A DNA stretch of 64,000 nt. Source: Microbotryum violaceum. Taxonomy: Eukaryota. Position 1 is the stretch's first letter. Every line of letters begins with the position of its first letter. This document shows positions 12,001-24,641 of this stretch, in pieces. Where the stretch lies: contig LN717261.1 of assembly GCA_001244265.2 (NCBI GenBank), positions 2,743,591 to 2,807,590 on the forward strand, read 5' to 3'. The notes beneath the pieces were generated by a model that was given only the letters and a program-made list of their open reading frames with translations, ran no database searches and had not been told where the DNA came from. The position numbers were made by a program, and so were the translations under genes.

Positions 12001-14270
12001 CCTCGGAAGCAGACTCAAGCGCGCCCATGGTGGGCGAGGGTAAAGTCTCGGGACGTGCAGGTCGAGCTGGCGGAGAGCTGCTGTATGTGCGCTTCGACCC
12101 GTGGGCCAAAGTTGAGGGGGGGCTCGCTGGCGAACCGTTCCGACGAGGTGCAAAGACCTGCCCAAAGCTACTGTGTGAAGATCCCCCGTTCGGAGAGAGC
12201 CTCCCTCCGCGTTGACTTCCGTTCGGCGAGGCGGCACGACGGTCCTCCTCCCGGTTAGAGCGAGGCATATTGCCAGTCGGTGACGAGGGTGTACCCATGG
12301 TCGGGGACGACATCTTCCGTGGCACTGAAGACTGTCGCACCGCATCGGATGGATACTTGATCTTGCTTGTGTCTAGGACATGGATGAAACCCGGATCGTC
12401 ATGGCGCTGCGCCGTGTAGGATTCGCCGCCTAGCACGAAAACCTTGTTCTGCCAAGTAGCCATCGCATGTCCAGAGCGACCGGAGGGAGCGGGTCCCATA
12501 TTTTGGAACATGAACCATCGTTGATCTGTACCTCAGGCATTGCGCGCTCTCAGTTCCAAGGTGTCGGGTTCCTGGCGGATACGCAAGCTTGACTCACTTG
12601 TGATCTCGAAAGCGGCCAGATCTTCCAGGTCTTTACCATCGACGCCGCGGCCTCCGAAGACGTACATGACGTCGTCGACGAGAGTTGCGGCATGTCCCTC
12701 GCGCGGAACCGGAATGTAGCCGATACACGAGAGCTCGACCCAGATACCTGTGTTAGTATCAAAGCACCAGGTGTCGTTGTAGTGGTATTGTCCATCGGTT
12801 CCTCCAAAGCTGAAATTCCCGAATTATTGGGAGGCCTCGCCACATGAGTCAATTCGAGAGCAAGTCGGAGAGCACTGACGTTCATGCACACTACGCACAC
12901 ATAAATACAGTCGCCGTGAGTCACTGTGGTATGACCTGTTCGCCGCGGCGGAACGACTGCGCCACTAGCATAGTCGATGAATGTCCATTTAGGCGAACCC
13001 GCTTTAACTGCCGGGGCGAGCGATGGAAATCGCCGTCAGCGCCTACACAACCGCCACCCTGCACCTCGAGGACTCACGCTTCTGCAAATCAAACCACACA
13101 AGATCATTCATAAAACCCCCGTCATCCTTTTGACCTCCAAAAATGTAGAATTTGCTGCCGACCATGGAGGCGGCGTGACCATAGCGACCCTCCGGGGCCG
13201 GCCCAATTGTCTTCACCCGAGTCCATTCCTTTGTGCCTGGATCGATCGAGGCGGTGTCAGTCAACCGCCAACATCTGCACTTCGATCGACGCCATACTCG
13301 ACTTACTTAGGTTGAGCAGATATAGCCCGTCATCTTGCAAGTCCTCGGGCCGGCTCTTGGTGTCACCACCCCAGACGATCAGAACGTTGCCCACGCCGAC
13401 GCTTGCGTGTCCCACACGAGGCCCGGGGACCTCGCCCCGCGTCTCGACTAGCCCGATGCTAATCGGAGAAGACGCCGACAAACCGGATGGGAGATTCGAA
13501 GTGGTGTGGACGATGCCGCCGGCACAGTTCAAGACATATAAATCATTCTTGACCGCATTCTGGACGAGGCCGCCGAAGATGTACAGTTCGCCCGTTGATA
13601 CCGCCGCCACAGGGTTCACGCTATGGCCATAGCGCGGAAAGGGAGGTGGCGATACGGGACCCACTATCGCAGGTGCGGCCGTGGGATTGTTGGAATCGAG
13701 GAGAGGGAAGAGCGCGGTTGGAGCAAACACGAGTCGACGCTGAGCCCACGGATAGAGGACGGTGTGGCTCGACTGACCCGCCGGTTGGGACTGCGGCACT
13801 AAGCTGTTCGAGTGAGTCTGCAGACTCGTGGTACCCTGTGCAATGTTGGATGTCGACAACGACGTGCCGCTGCCACCGTTGCCTGCGTAGCCGCCACCGC
13901 TGCCGCCGCCACGGGCGTTTGCGTTGACTGATGGCGCGGGTGACGATTCGGGCCCACCTGGCGCCATGTCTGTAGCCGCCTCATTCGCACCTTCATCAGA
14001 GCCCAAAGTGCGCATAGCAGCCGTGAGAGCGTTCTCCGCCGCAAATGGATGGAAGGACTGGCCCATGGTTGTGGCCTGTAATTGTGAGTGCGACGACGAC
14101 GGCGACGTCGGCAGCGGCTGGCCTGGCGGTCGATCCACACTGGCGACCAGGGAGCCTGATGCGCTGCGCGAGAAACCGTTGCTCGACTGCGACTGATTCA
14201 GAAGCTGGGAGGTGCCAGTCGTATTCGGCGTGTCCTTTTTCGACTTTTTGCTCGAGCTGAAGATCGCCAT
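9002..14270 (-). CDS. KEL1: Kelch-repeat plus C-terminal coiled-coil polarity protein (Kel1/Tea1 family), multi-exon
   Basis: Kelch repeats PFPRYGHS, PGPRVGHAS, PEGRYGHAA, PSGRSGHAM in ORFs 13257-14270, 13043-13264 and 11495-12511; coiled coil in 9920-11404 and 9456-9698; inferred last exons read AQNKAEWLKRENAQLETRCR and KISILLDHLE...GSK* (stop ~9002). Confidence 0.88.
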
Positions 14271-15312
14271 AACCCGCTACGAAGGACGCGTGGAGCACCG
14301 ACGTCCCGATCGCACGAGCTCGGATAGTTGGGGCCGCGAGAATCGGCGAGGGCGGGGTAGGGCGAGGGAAGGTCGCCCAGAGTTTGAAGACTGGCAGCTG
14401 GGGTCGAACAAGTCGAGGCAGGTCGAGGCGGAATAAACGCACAATGTAGAGGCTAGGACCGTGAAGCGGCGTTGACAAAAGGATGCGACTAGCTCCAGAC
14501 CTATGCGACTAGGGAACAAAGCACACACTGGTGTGGACTGGCGACAGGCGTGGACTGGCGACCACCTCAGGCAGGACCCCCGAAAGCCCAGCCATAGGCG
14601 GTCCTCCAAAAACGGCCTTTTTCGAGGCAAAATGTCCAAATTTTCTGCAGATTTTGACTGAAAATGTCCAAATATGAGGGCCGCCTAGTATTGAATGATT
14701 TTTGAAAACTACTCTACAAGCTCTACACTGCTCAGAAATTTTTCTGCGCTGCGCGCAGACCGCGTTTTCACCGCGCGCGGGCCGGAAAGGTCGCGCGCGC
14801 GCACACCAAGAGCGCCGCCAGCGCCACCTCGGGCAGACATAAAATACGCCTCAACAGGCGCACGCGCAGCGCCCCCTCACGCGCCTTCCAAGTCACTGCC
14901 TCAACGGCCCAGGGCGCCGACTTGGCCCAGGTTACACCCAACTCTCTGCTTCGAGTCGATTCTGTGTACACACAACACTCTAACAGCTGCTAGATTGATT
15001 GGGAAAGTGGTAGTAGATACATTCCTTCCTTCATATTTTTCTCGCATCTTTCGGATGTCGTCAATGTCACGTGTCCGAAGCGGTCGCGCGGGATTTCGGT
15101 CCCGAGATCGAAGGGTCCGAGCACACGCGTTGGCGGCAGTCGGCAGTCGGCCACGCGCGCCGAGGCCTAGCGCCACACGCGAGGGACCTTCCACTTGGCT
15201 TGCCGCCTCACCTCGTTGCTTTCGCTACAGCTCCTTGTAGCGTCGCCATCGACTGTACAGGCCCCACCGCTCGCGTTCGTCCTCTTGCTCATGCACTTGA
15301 CTCGGCGTCGCC

Positions 15313-18103
15313 ATGCCGCCAAAGAGAAGATATCGCTCGGTGTTCAACGTTCGGCTGCCCAAGTCCAAACCGTCGGACCACCCGGACCACCCCGACTTCG
15401 ACCTGCAGGATGCCTTTCTGCCCATCAACTACTCAACCCCCTACAGAACCTTCGTCGACAAAGGTGGTCGTAAAAGGAAAAGGAAAGAGCCACCAAATGC
15501 GAGCTCGTCAACAGCACCTACGCCCACGTCCAGCTCCACGTCGTCCACATTCCCCCCCCCCCCCCCCACAACACGAACCCATCCCAAGCGCTTCGGCCTC
15601 ACATTACACTCGTGGAAGCGACATCACTCAACAAGATCTGGACGAATTTGGGTAGGAAGGAGTGTGGGTGGATGAGGAGGACTTAGGTGGGATGGACCTT
15701 GCGTCGGAAAAAGCGCTGGAATAGACTGGTTACACACGTGTCGACGACTCCGACTCACCCCCACGCCCCACCCACCGACAACTCTACGCCACTCCGCCCA
15801 ATACCACCAGACGAGAAGGCTATCTCAAGTACATCACGCTTGACGCTAAGCTTCGGAAATCGCTCCGTGCCCAGCTGTTTGGGCGCTTCCTCGAGTTTCG
15901 CCGCGACAGCAAGCTCCATCTACGACCGCTCGTATCGGAAGACGATCTCGATGACCACGATGCTCCGCCGCCATGTGCGTGCAACTGCGTACTCACTCGC
16001 GAGATCATCTTGTACGATGTGACGGCATGTACGTGACAAGGCAGCTCAGCTTCACTGTCCCGAGTGTCAGTCACGAACCGAGCAGCACTGATGCGTGTCT
16101 CCCTCTTTACCTGTGCCTTCAGTCTACAAATTGCAGGTCACCTTCTGTGCCTCCGAGTCGCGGTGTGCTACGGACGTCGAACGCTTGGCCCAACTAGGGT
16201 TCATCTCTTCGACCGCTTCAATGCCGATGACCGCCTTCTCATTTCGACTGGTCGAGCAGGCCCACGCGAGCTGGAAGGTCAGCCCCCGCGCTATCACCGG
16301 CTATGCGGACGGCCTCAAAGAGTATTACTCCCGTTGTGGGTGGGGTCGGGATCACTATACGGGACATTCTTGGGTGAGTTTGGACGCCGCCATCGTCTCA
16401 CGGGCACATGCTTAAAGCCTGCCTTCCGCGCATACAGGACAAAGACCTTTGAAAGCAACGCGATCGACGAGTACCGCGCTCTCGAAACATGCGAGGAGGA
16501 CAGCGGGGGGGACCTTCTCGCAGGCACCGTCGATTCGTATTCCAACAAGTGTCCCGCGTGCTTCGGGCCAATGCGGCTTAATCAACCTTGTCACGACGTC
16601 ACATTGGATTGCGTGCTTGCATACGACGGCAACTTTCAGCAAACGCGTGAGAAAAACTCGAACCACGACCAGATTGTTCAGGACACTTTCTTGGGTGAGG
16701 AAGAGGTTCAGGCGATGAAGGCCGAGGTTGAAGCTTCGGTGCGGCCGACCCAAAAAGTGAGTAATGCCGCTCTTTGCATTTGCCTTAATGGGATCGCTTA
16801 CCTCTACACCCACCCACCGTCATAGGCGTGCACAGAGTCGTGGAAGGCTGCCGACGACGGAGCTGGCTCAACCTCGTCACGAGTAGTCGACACCGGACTC
16901 GTTGCCTGCGTATGCCGTCATGACGTGAACCTGAAAATGGTCAATCTTGAGAGGTCTGGTGAAGAGTAAGCGCGGAGCTGTCTGGCGGGACTTAGTCGCT
17001 TCCGCTTTCCTCTCGAATCCCAGTACTAATGCGCAGATTCCCCTCCGACCACTCAGATTGTACTATGCGCTTGCCATCCTCAAGCACATCTCAGAGCGCC
17101 TTAATGAAAACGCCAAGATCGGAGTCTTATACGACATTGCTTGTAACTTTAAGCACCATATTGAAAAGGTATGCTTCGATCACGACGCGTCCCTTCCTCC
17201 TTAGTCTCGTTGGCACAGACCAAATGTGCCTACTTTCTAATCATTTGTCACCAGAGGCAGCTCCTGCCAAAGCTTTTCAAGCGACTGGAGTTCGCCACGA
17301 GCGTCTTCCATGCATACGCCCATATCTGGTCCTGCCAAGTTGATTTCAACCCCTGCCTCATTCCGAACTTCGGGTTGACTGATGGAGAGGGCTGTGAGCG
17401 GGCTACGGTCGCTCATTCCGAGGAGTAGCAGCTGTGCGCGCCAAGGATCGAGTCGGTGAGGAGAAAGCGCGGATCGGCGCCGAGGTGCGGCAAGCTTTGG
17501 CTTGGATCGAAGATGTAAAGACTTGTATCACTAGTTGCCAAACACTTTGGACTAACGTGTCGGGTAAGTTTTCGATACAGCGTGCTCCATATCACCTCTT
17601 ATGTCGCCCTGACATCTTTCAAACCATCCCAACAGATACCCTTCCTGAATCCATCGACCCAGCTGATGCCAAGTCCATATTCGGCACTGAAGATGTTGAA
17701 GAGATCCGAGGCCGCGCGCCCATCATACTAGATCGCCGGATGGAGCTTCTGTAGCTGCGCGAATGTTCTTGGTCCCAGAACGAATACTTCTTCGATGTTT
17801 GGCTCGACACCCGCGGGCAGTCAGAGGGCGATTCCGAGCCCGCGTCCTGCACTGTCAGAATTTCGTGGTTTACATCAGCGATTGAACGCGACGGGAAGGA
17901 TTGTCGAGAAGGCGAAACATCACCAGCTACCTGCACATAACCGATCGGGAACACGCGGTCCTATGAAGACATCTGGCCTCGACGACTCGGCGCGGCCTGC
18001 ACCGCTGGCCCGTGACGTTCAACAAGTGCGGGTCATTCAGGCGCAGATGGATATGAGCGACGAGACTCAACTCGCAAAGGAGGTGGGGCCTTTCTCCGCA
18101 TAA
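15313..18103 (+). pseudogene. KDZ transposase with CxC1-like Cys cluster; multi-exon, frameshifted and apparently truncated
   Basis: Motifs FCASESRC...LAQLGFISSTASMPMTAFSF, KCPACFG, VLAYDGNFQQ, DTGLVACVCRHD, VLYDIACNF, SVFHAYAHIWSCQ...FGLTDGEGCER. Confidence 0.85.
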
Positions 18104-18384
18104 CTCCTCGAGCAGGACGGTGAGATGGGCAGCTCTTCGGTTGAAAGCTACGGCGATGAATTCGCTGGTCAGGAAGACGAATACTTCTCAGGCGTTTAGA
18201 CCAGCTTCTGATGTAGATTGAATTAGTGGAGCAACTTAATGTTGAAACAATGGACATGGCGTTTGCAAACTAAAGTCGTCTCAATTGCGGTAGGTGAGAG
18301 TAACAACACCGTTTTATAGGAAGAAATATTGTCAGACCTAATCTCTGGGCTGCGCCTGACTTACTAGGCTTCCGCCGGGTGACT

Positions 18385-18727
18385 TGCCGGGTGACTTTTC
18401 AATCAAAGTGCATACAACTGCTCGAGTACCTAGAATGTCTACCACGTGAAAATGGGTGATTGGGTTTGGTCAATATAGAGAATGTATCTCTTACCTTCGG
18501 ACAGGGTTGAATAGCAAAGTTGGCATGTGCGTGCAAGCCCTTCTTCCGAACAAGATGGCTCGGCGGTTTCCCATACCAGTGCCGGGTGACTTTTCAATTA
18601 AAGCGCATGCAACTGCTCGAGTACCTAGAATGTCTACCACGTGAAAATGGCTGATTGGGTTTGGTCAATATAGAGAACGTATCTCCTACCTTCGGACAGG
18701 GTTGAATAGCAAAGTTGGCATGTGCGT
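18385..18727 (+). repeat. ~148 bp direct repeat x2 inside the KDZ element
   Basis: 18385-18532 and 18580-18727 share GCCGGGTGACTTTTCAAT...CTCGAGTACCTAGAATGTCTACCACGTGAAAATGG...GGCATGTGCGT. Confidence 0.85.
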
Positions 18728-19706
18728 ATGGCTGGGCGGCTCTCTCTATGAGGATTCCCGCTCGAAGGATTCGACTTCCTGCCATGGCGCGGCAAAAGAC
18801 CCTTTGCACCGATCCCGATCCCTGCTACTGAGACTTGCGCCTGTTTTAAGAAGAGCTTAGTGTCAAGATCTCAAGCTCTAGTTTAGTTTATGCTTGACGG
18901 GGGCAGAAGTGCTGACAATTCATTTTAGGGCGGCGAATGCAAGAATTCTCTCTGCTTTGAGCACTCATTGTGGGGCCTGAAGATTGGTGGCCTACCTCAT
19001 TGATGAGAAGGAGTGTTTTTTCAAGTAAGAGGTAGGTATGAGCGACCATCGATCATGTCTCGGAGTCAATTGAGGTTCTCGCTCCAAGAGCCTGTTACAA
19101 GCCTAAGCCTTCCATGTTTTCCACCAACCCATTATCGCGTTCGACCCACTCTCATCAAGCACGTACTTTGTCGCTACTTCGCAAATTACGACTGATTACC
19201 TACGTGTTCCGCTCCGCTTGCGCCTTCAGAATTCAGGGGCTCAGATCAGTTCGCCTTGTTCTGGGAGCGCGCGCCGCTTGAAGTCAGCCGGCCGGGGGTC
19301 ATCACCGTGGCCCAGCAGCTCTGATTGGCACTTTGGCGAAGACCGAGCCCGGCCAGATGCAACCCTTGCCCGTTCACTTTCGTGCTAATAGATTATAAAA
19401 AGATGCTAACATACACTGCGATTAGTGGAAGGCCTTGCGAATTCTGTTCATTCATTCTTTTGCTCAAAGAGTCACTTCCGGAAAGCAGACGCTCCGTCTG
19501 GTCCACGGATCAGGGAGCACTCCATTCTCACTGGGCAATTCAACTCTACATAGTACTTCGAGAACAACCCAGCAGAACAAGAAGGATAGTGTTTGTGAGC
19601 AGGGTTACGTCCCTGGCACATCCCACGTCAACAAGGAGAGGTCGGTCTCGAGCGGCCCAGGGGAAGATTAGGTACGAAGGGCAACGAACAATCACCCTCT
19701 CCGCCT

Positions 19707-20810
19707 TTAGTCACCAAGAGCCGGATGCATATGAAGCAAAACTATAAAAGAAGGATCGTGGTGGCCTGTGTTGTCCAACGAATTCTGGCCCTTCAACAAC
19801 CAAGATCTCCGCACCGCATGCGCGTCGACGAGTCCGGCTGGCGCTGAAAGCTCGGCCATCGTCACCTCACTCGCTGTACTCGTCGGAGCTCGTGTTCCGA
19901 GCCCGCCCGTCAGCATCGCTGTCGCCGCCTTCATCGCCGTCGGCCATTGCCTGGTCTGCACTTGACCCGATTGCCTCTTCCTCCAGCATGAAGCTCAGCT
20001 CGCCTGCACGCAGCAATGGGATGATCTGATCCAGGTCGGGTCCCAACAACTTGAGCTTGCCACTCGGGCTTCGAAAATCCGCTTTGCGAAGGAGCGCGCC
20101 GCGCTGAACAATGATTCTGGCGTTGTCCCGGAGGGCCTTTACGTTATAGACGAACTTGGGCGATTGGATCTTCTCGCCGTCCAGCACGGAGCGTTGGCGC
20201 AGCGGGGACTCTGAAGACAGCGAGCCGGGTCAAAATGGGCACCATGTATGGAAGAGTAGGCAGGGTGCACTTCTTGTACTCACGGAACAGTTCCTTGAGG
20301 ATGATGTTGTACCATTGGCATTTGGTCTCAACGTTTTTGTCGGCCACGGGTGCGTTCCAAGCTGTGCGCAGACATTCGCTGATACATCCCTCTCTCCTGA
20401 TGCGCGGCCTCCCTCCTCGTCTTGGAAAACTTGTGCGGCCCGCAACTTTTGACGATCGCGAGCGGAAGGTGCAGTATTTGGCAAACCTGCCGCGTCACCC
20501 GTGCCGCCAGGATTGTTCCCTCCTTGTTCGACCATGCTTGCGATGCTTGCGAGATTGATGCTTGCTGGCGGAGCTAGATACAGGCCATCGATGCGTCCAT
20601 GATCGGGGAACGTTGGGACGGTAAACTGGTTGGTTGGACAAAGCAGATCCCGGCGACGATTGATAGTTGTACGACGCAGGATTCGAGATGGCCGTTACGC
20701 CAGCGAAAGTGGACGCTGGATCGGGTGCACGACGGTGTAACGTCAGAACAGACCGATGCTGTACGCGATCGACGCGACGGCCACCCACGGACCCGAATAG
20801 TCGTTACATG
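19707..20810 (-). CDS. Putative unknown cargo gene or pseudogene within the KDZ element
   Basis: Chain of protein-like - strand ORFs 20495-20788, 20230-20535, 20144-20347, 19867-20187 (e.g. KCQWYNIILKELFREYKK; SPKFVYNVKALRDNARIIVQRG); no recognisable family. Confidence 0.35.
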
Positions 20811-21535
20811 CGGACTGATAGGGAGTCCAAGGCAAGGTGCGCGACGCGTACCTAGAGGCAGCTTATGAACCTATGTGTCAGATGTGATCGTGAGCCGGTA
20901 GTCCAGGCAGAGCACCCGTGTCGATCGGCGGCAAACATACTGCTGTTCATCGCCGGAGCGCCAAACGTTGGCTGCGATTCGGGAGATGGTAAGTTGATTG
21001 GATTGACTCATCATGACAGGAGCAGCAAGACTATGACTGATCCGGTATTTCGAAGTGGGCGTTCGTTTCAGACTGTCGCAAGGTGACGGATGCTCGTTTC
21101 TAGTTCGTTACTTCGAATACGTAGTAGGGGGCGATTGGGCAAAGCAGAAGAATGGGAGCGTCTCCGGAGTCGTGACGCGTCGACGTCCCGGCCAGTCCCG
21201 GCCCCAATTGTTCCGCGCGACCCGTGCCGAATCACGTGTTCGAGGTAGAGCTCTTGTCCAGCTTGCAGAGGACAATAGTAACGCTCAAAAAATATGCAAA
21301 ACTCCGAATGCACTATTATTCGCCGACTGTGCCTTTGTTTCCAGGTTTTCCACCGAGTTGTAGTGGGAGTGAACGTCTCGGTAGCTCGACATCGAAGTGG
21401 GCATACCTCAACTGGGCCAAGTCGGCGCCCTGGGGTAGCAAGGCTGCACCCCGCCGAGGCAGTCAGTTGGAAGGCGCGTGATGGGGCGCTGCGCGCGCGC
21501 CTGTTGAGGCGTATTTTTTATGTCTGCCCGAGGTG

Positions 21536-21717
21536 CTTTCCACACCTAAGCCCTCTCCCTTTTCTGGGCTGGGTCCGTGCGCCTGACAGAAGTGGCTGGC
21601 CCAGCCGCGCGCTCAACCGAGCCAACTGGCTCCGCGCTTCTCTCTCTCCTGTTCAAGCAACTTCTTGGTCTGGTCTCCTTGGTCCGTCGATCAGAGCCTT
21701 ACCACCGCTTGAGCAGG
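21536..21717 (+). mobile_element. 5'-truncated copy of the solo LTR at 33285-33552
   Basis: CTTTCCACACCT...GAGCCAACTGGCTCCGCGC...CCTTACCACCGCTTGAGCA closely matches ~33366-33544 and begins directly after the KDZ right TIR. Confidence 0.8.
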
Positions 21718-22153
21718 CGTCAGATCTTCATAATGTAAAGTCAAAGCCACTGGATCTATGCAGCCCTCACATTCACAGAACCACCAACATAGCCGACGAG
21801 CGGTCGGGCCGGTCCGAACGGCCAGCTGTCAAATTCGACGCGATGATAGTATTAGTACTGGGTCGTCGGATCATTTTTTATATTTCTGGCTGTTGGAGAG
21901 CGAATTTTTGGGCAATCAACATATGTTCTCCGAACTCTTCCAGTGTACGACTCAAAATAGGTACAAATCGACCCCTCAGACACCTTATCCCGATGTACAA
22001 ATCGGCCTACATTTGCTGTTTTTCGAGACGCACATTGGGCTGAGCTTTCCCGGGTCCTGCTGGCGACAGCCTAGCGTGAGTGCGAAAGCAGCGCTTGGGT
22101 TCGTCTGCTGTCCTTTGCTAGGTTGGCCGCCAATCACCGCTTGCAGCTACTTC

Positions 22154-23097
22154 ATGGCCAGTTTCAGACGGGCCCTAGGTGCAGGCGGCTTTTGCTCAAT
22201 CTGCTGCAGTACTACAACCCGTCTCCGCACCCCGTCATCATCGTCGTCATCGTCGCCGTGCTCGCCCTCGCTCCCGCCCTCGCTCAAGCTGGCCCAGCGC
22301 ATTCGACTGTTCAGCTCGAGCAGTGTCGCCCCGTCACACATCGGCTCACAACCCGTCGCGTTGCCGCCGGTAGTACAACTTGTCGTTGAGGTAGCCCCCC
22401 GCGGGCCGTCGGCGCCGCAACGTTCGACCCGGCTGCTCGTCACAGGACCCAAGGGCGAACTTGCGGTGGATGTCCCATCGTTCATGAAACTCGCCTTGCC
22501 TCGCTTGACCAATGATCCCGCCAGTCGCGGAGTGGCACGCGGAGCTGAGCCCTCGTCGGTCGTGCTGTCCGTGCAGGATTCTCGGATCAAGCATCAGCGC
22601 GCAATCTGGGGCTTGATCCGCTCGCTCCTGGCCAACGCCGTGTATGGCGTATCGCAAGGATTCAGCCTTCCTATCCGGCTCGTCGGCGTCGGTTATCGCG
22701 CATCGTTGGAGCCTGCATCTACAGCGCCGGCAAAGATTCCGTCATCCCCGTCATGCACGTCATCCGAACCCGCCTCAAGCACACAGCGGCTGCATCTCAA
22801 ACTCGGTTTCGCGCACCCGATATTCGTCGATTTGCCGCACGATGTGCATGCTTCTGTGCCTTCGACAACCAGTATCGTCCTGTCCGGGATCGACAAGCAA
22901 CGCCTGGGCCAAGTCGCTGCTCGCATACGCAGTTGGCGTGTACCCGAACCTTACAATGTAAGCATGCCACTCAGCCCCACAGGCTCGGCTCTGAATGGGG
23001 CGCTAACATAGTCTTCTGAATTGACGGTGCTCCATAGGGAAAAGGGATATTTGTTGGTGAAGAAGTTGTGAAACGTAAAGAGGTCAAGAAGAAGTAG
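22154..23097 (+). CDS. MRPL6: Mitochondrial ribosomal protein uL6m (2 exons)
   Basis: S/R-rich presequence, then SHIGSQPV, VTGPKGEL, LIRSLLANAVYGVSQGF...LVGVGYRA, LKLGFAHP, GIDKQRLGQVAARIRSWRVPEPYN / GKGIFVGEEVVKRKEVKKK*; intron ~22958-23037. Confidence 0.93.
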
Positions 23098-23214
23098 GAC
23101 TGCGCTCGAAATGAGATTGTAGGTGGCCACTTCGCTGAGAACGACCTCAAAAAGGCAATCAACAACACTGCACATCACTTGAAGGTGCTCTTCTATTACA
23201 CAAGGAAACTCCAT

Positions 23215-24557
23215 TCAGACCGACTGGGACGCTTCTTTCTCAACAGTGACTACTACACCTTTTGATGAGAGGCCGCTCATGTCTATTTTTGAATGATTCG
23301 AAGACGAGGAGAGTTCCGTGCACGAATAAGGCTCCCGAGCAGAGTATGAAGGAACAGATATCACCGGAGCGCGCATTTCGTGACTGCAATTGAAGACGTC
23401 AGTCTTTCGGTCCTTCAGCCCGAGACGCCTAGGTTTCAAGGCAGTGACATACTCAAGAGAAGCGTGTTGATGATGACACCGGCTTAAGATCTTGACCACC
23501 CAGTGACGATATACTGCCAGTGATTCTTCACCCAGTCCGAAAAACGCGAAAAAAAGAATGGCAAGAATGGCGGGCAGCCAAAGAGCAAGCTCTTTATTCC
23601 GTCGAACCGTCGGTTTGAAACTGTAGAGCTCGTCCTTTGTCACGACAAGCACTGTGTTGAATCCATAGTGCACGTCTGCCCAACTTATGTAAGGGTTGAG
23701 AGGGATGTCGACGAGAGACGTGATGAAGATGGTAAGAGCCATTGGAAGCATGAATGCGATTTGAAGTACAGCCAGTCCGACCAATCGGAGGAAGCGAGGT
23801 GTAGTCAAAGCACTCTTTGACGATTCCAGTAGGCGTGAAAATTGGTACCGGCGTGCGACGAAGAGGCGGATGGTGATGCCTGTACGCACGCAGTAGTCGT
23901 CAGCAGATGGCAATTCAATCTCAGAAATTTGAAGACTCACCCGCGTAAATTGCTGAAACGGAAAGGAGAATCACTGGGGGTAGGTTGATGATGGCAAGAC
24001 TGGCTCCACTGTAGTATACAGTGGGTGTACATCCAACAACTGGGAGAACGTCGTAGCGATGACCTTGTACGACGACATGTAGTACCATAGTAAGCACTGG
24101 CAAGCCAAGTCCTGCCATTAGGAAAAGCCTGTCTCGATGACGGCGATCGTTGCTGGTGACCAAAACTTGTCGAGCTGCCGCGATTGACCAAAGTTGGAGT
24201 GTTATGCACAACGATGCTACAGCAAGTCCCACATCAGCGCCTATCCTGAGCTTTGTCGTAATCTGTGGGAAATACGTTGCGATGCACTCAGCTATTCAAA
24301 GCGGTTATGCTGAGCCGAGGAACAAGGGGTACACGTGAGTGCATGTGACGTACGTCGCACCATACTGGAGCCACGTCAGCCGTATTTCTGAGGAAGATGA
24401 TGCTGTTGATGGCTTGTGGGACGCATGTGACGAGCAACCAGAAGATGAGAAGTAAAAGTGCCGTGTTTCCGACTCGCCAATGCCACACGGCCGGCAGAAG
24501 CAAGAAAGGTATCGTGACGCAGTATACGATCGTGAAGGAAACATTGAGGGATGCCAT
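23215..24557 (-). CDS. STE3: STE3-type mating pheromone receptor (7-TM GPCR), about 4 exons
   Basis: LPAVWHWRVGNTALLLLIFW...NSIIF...APVWCD / ITTKLRIG...ASLCITLQLWSIA...HVVVQGHRYDVLPVVGC / ...RFLRLVGLA...PYISWADVHYGF...FFAFFGLGEES; GT-AG introns ~24263-24353, ~23880-23940 and probably ~23386-23452. Confidence 0.95.
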
Positions 24558-24641
24558 TTTTGAGTGGACAATGCAGAATAAGAGTAAGAAGGCCTCAGAC
24601 GAGGTGTAGCCCTACCGGACTCGCGGGAGGTAGGTAAGCTG

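Larger units (their letters stand above)
14825..21535 (+). mobile_element. KDZ (Kyakuja-Dileera-Zisupton) DNA transposon with ~105-125 bp TIRs
   Basis: 14825-14930 (CACCTCGGGCAGACATAAAATACGCCTCAACAGGCGC...) is inverted at 21412-21535 (...GCGCCTGTTGAGGCGTATTTTTTATGTCTGCCCGAGGTG); encloses KDZ transposase exons. Confidence 0.88.
14572..22059. mobile_element. Hollow CAGGAC-TIR element containing a nested KDZ element and an LTR fragment
   Basis: Left TIR CAGGACCCCCGAAAGCCCAGCC at 14572; diverged right TIR GGCTGAGCTTTCCCGGGTCCTG ending 22059; CTGGCGAC on both sides (14555-14562 and 22060-22067), with 9 extra bases between the left copy and the TIR. Confidence 0.6.

Noticed and set aside
15551-15567. 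Poly-C tract (also ~35535-35557 poly-C and ~48480-48499 poly-T) as regulatory or programmed frameshift sites
   Set aside because: Homopolymer lengths are error-prone in assemblies; some frameshifts noted in TE genes may also be sequencing errors.
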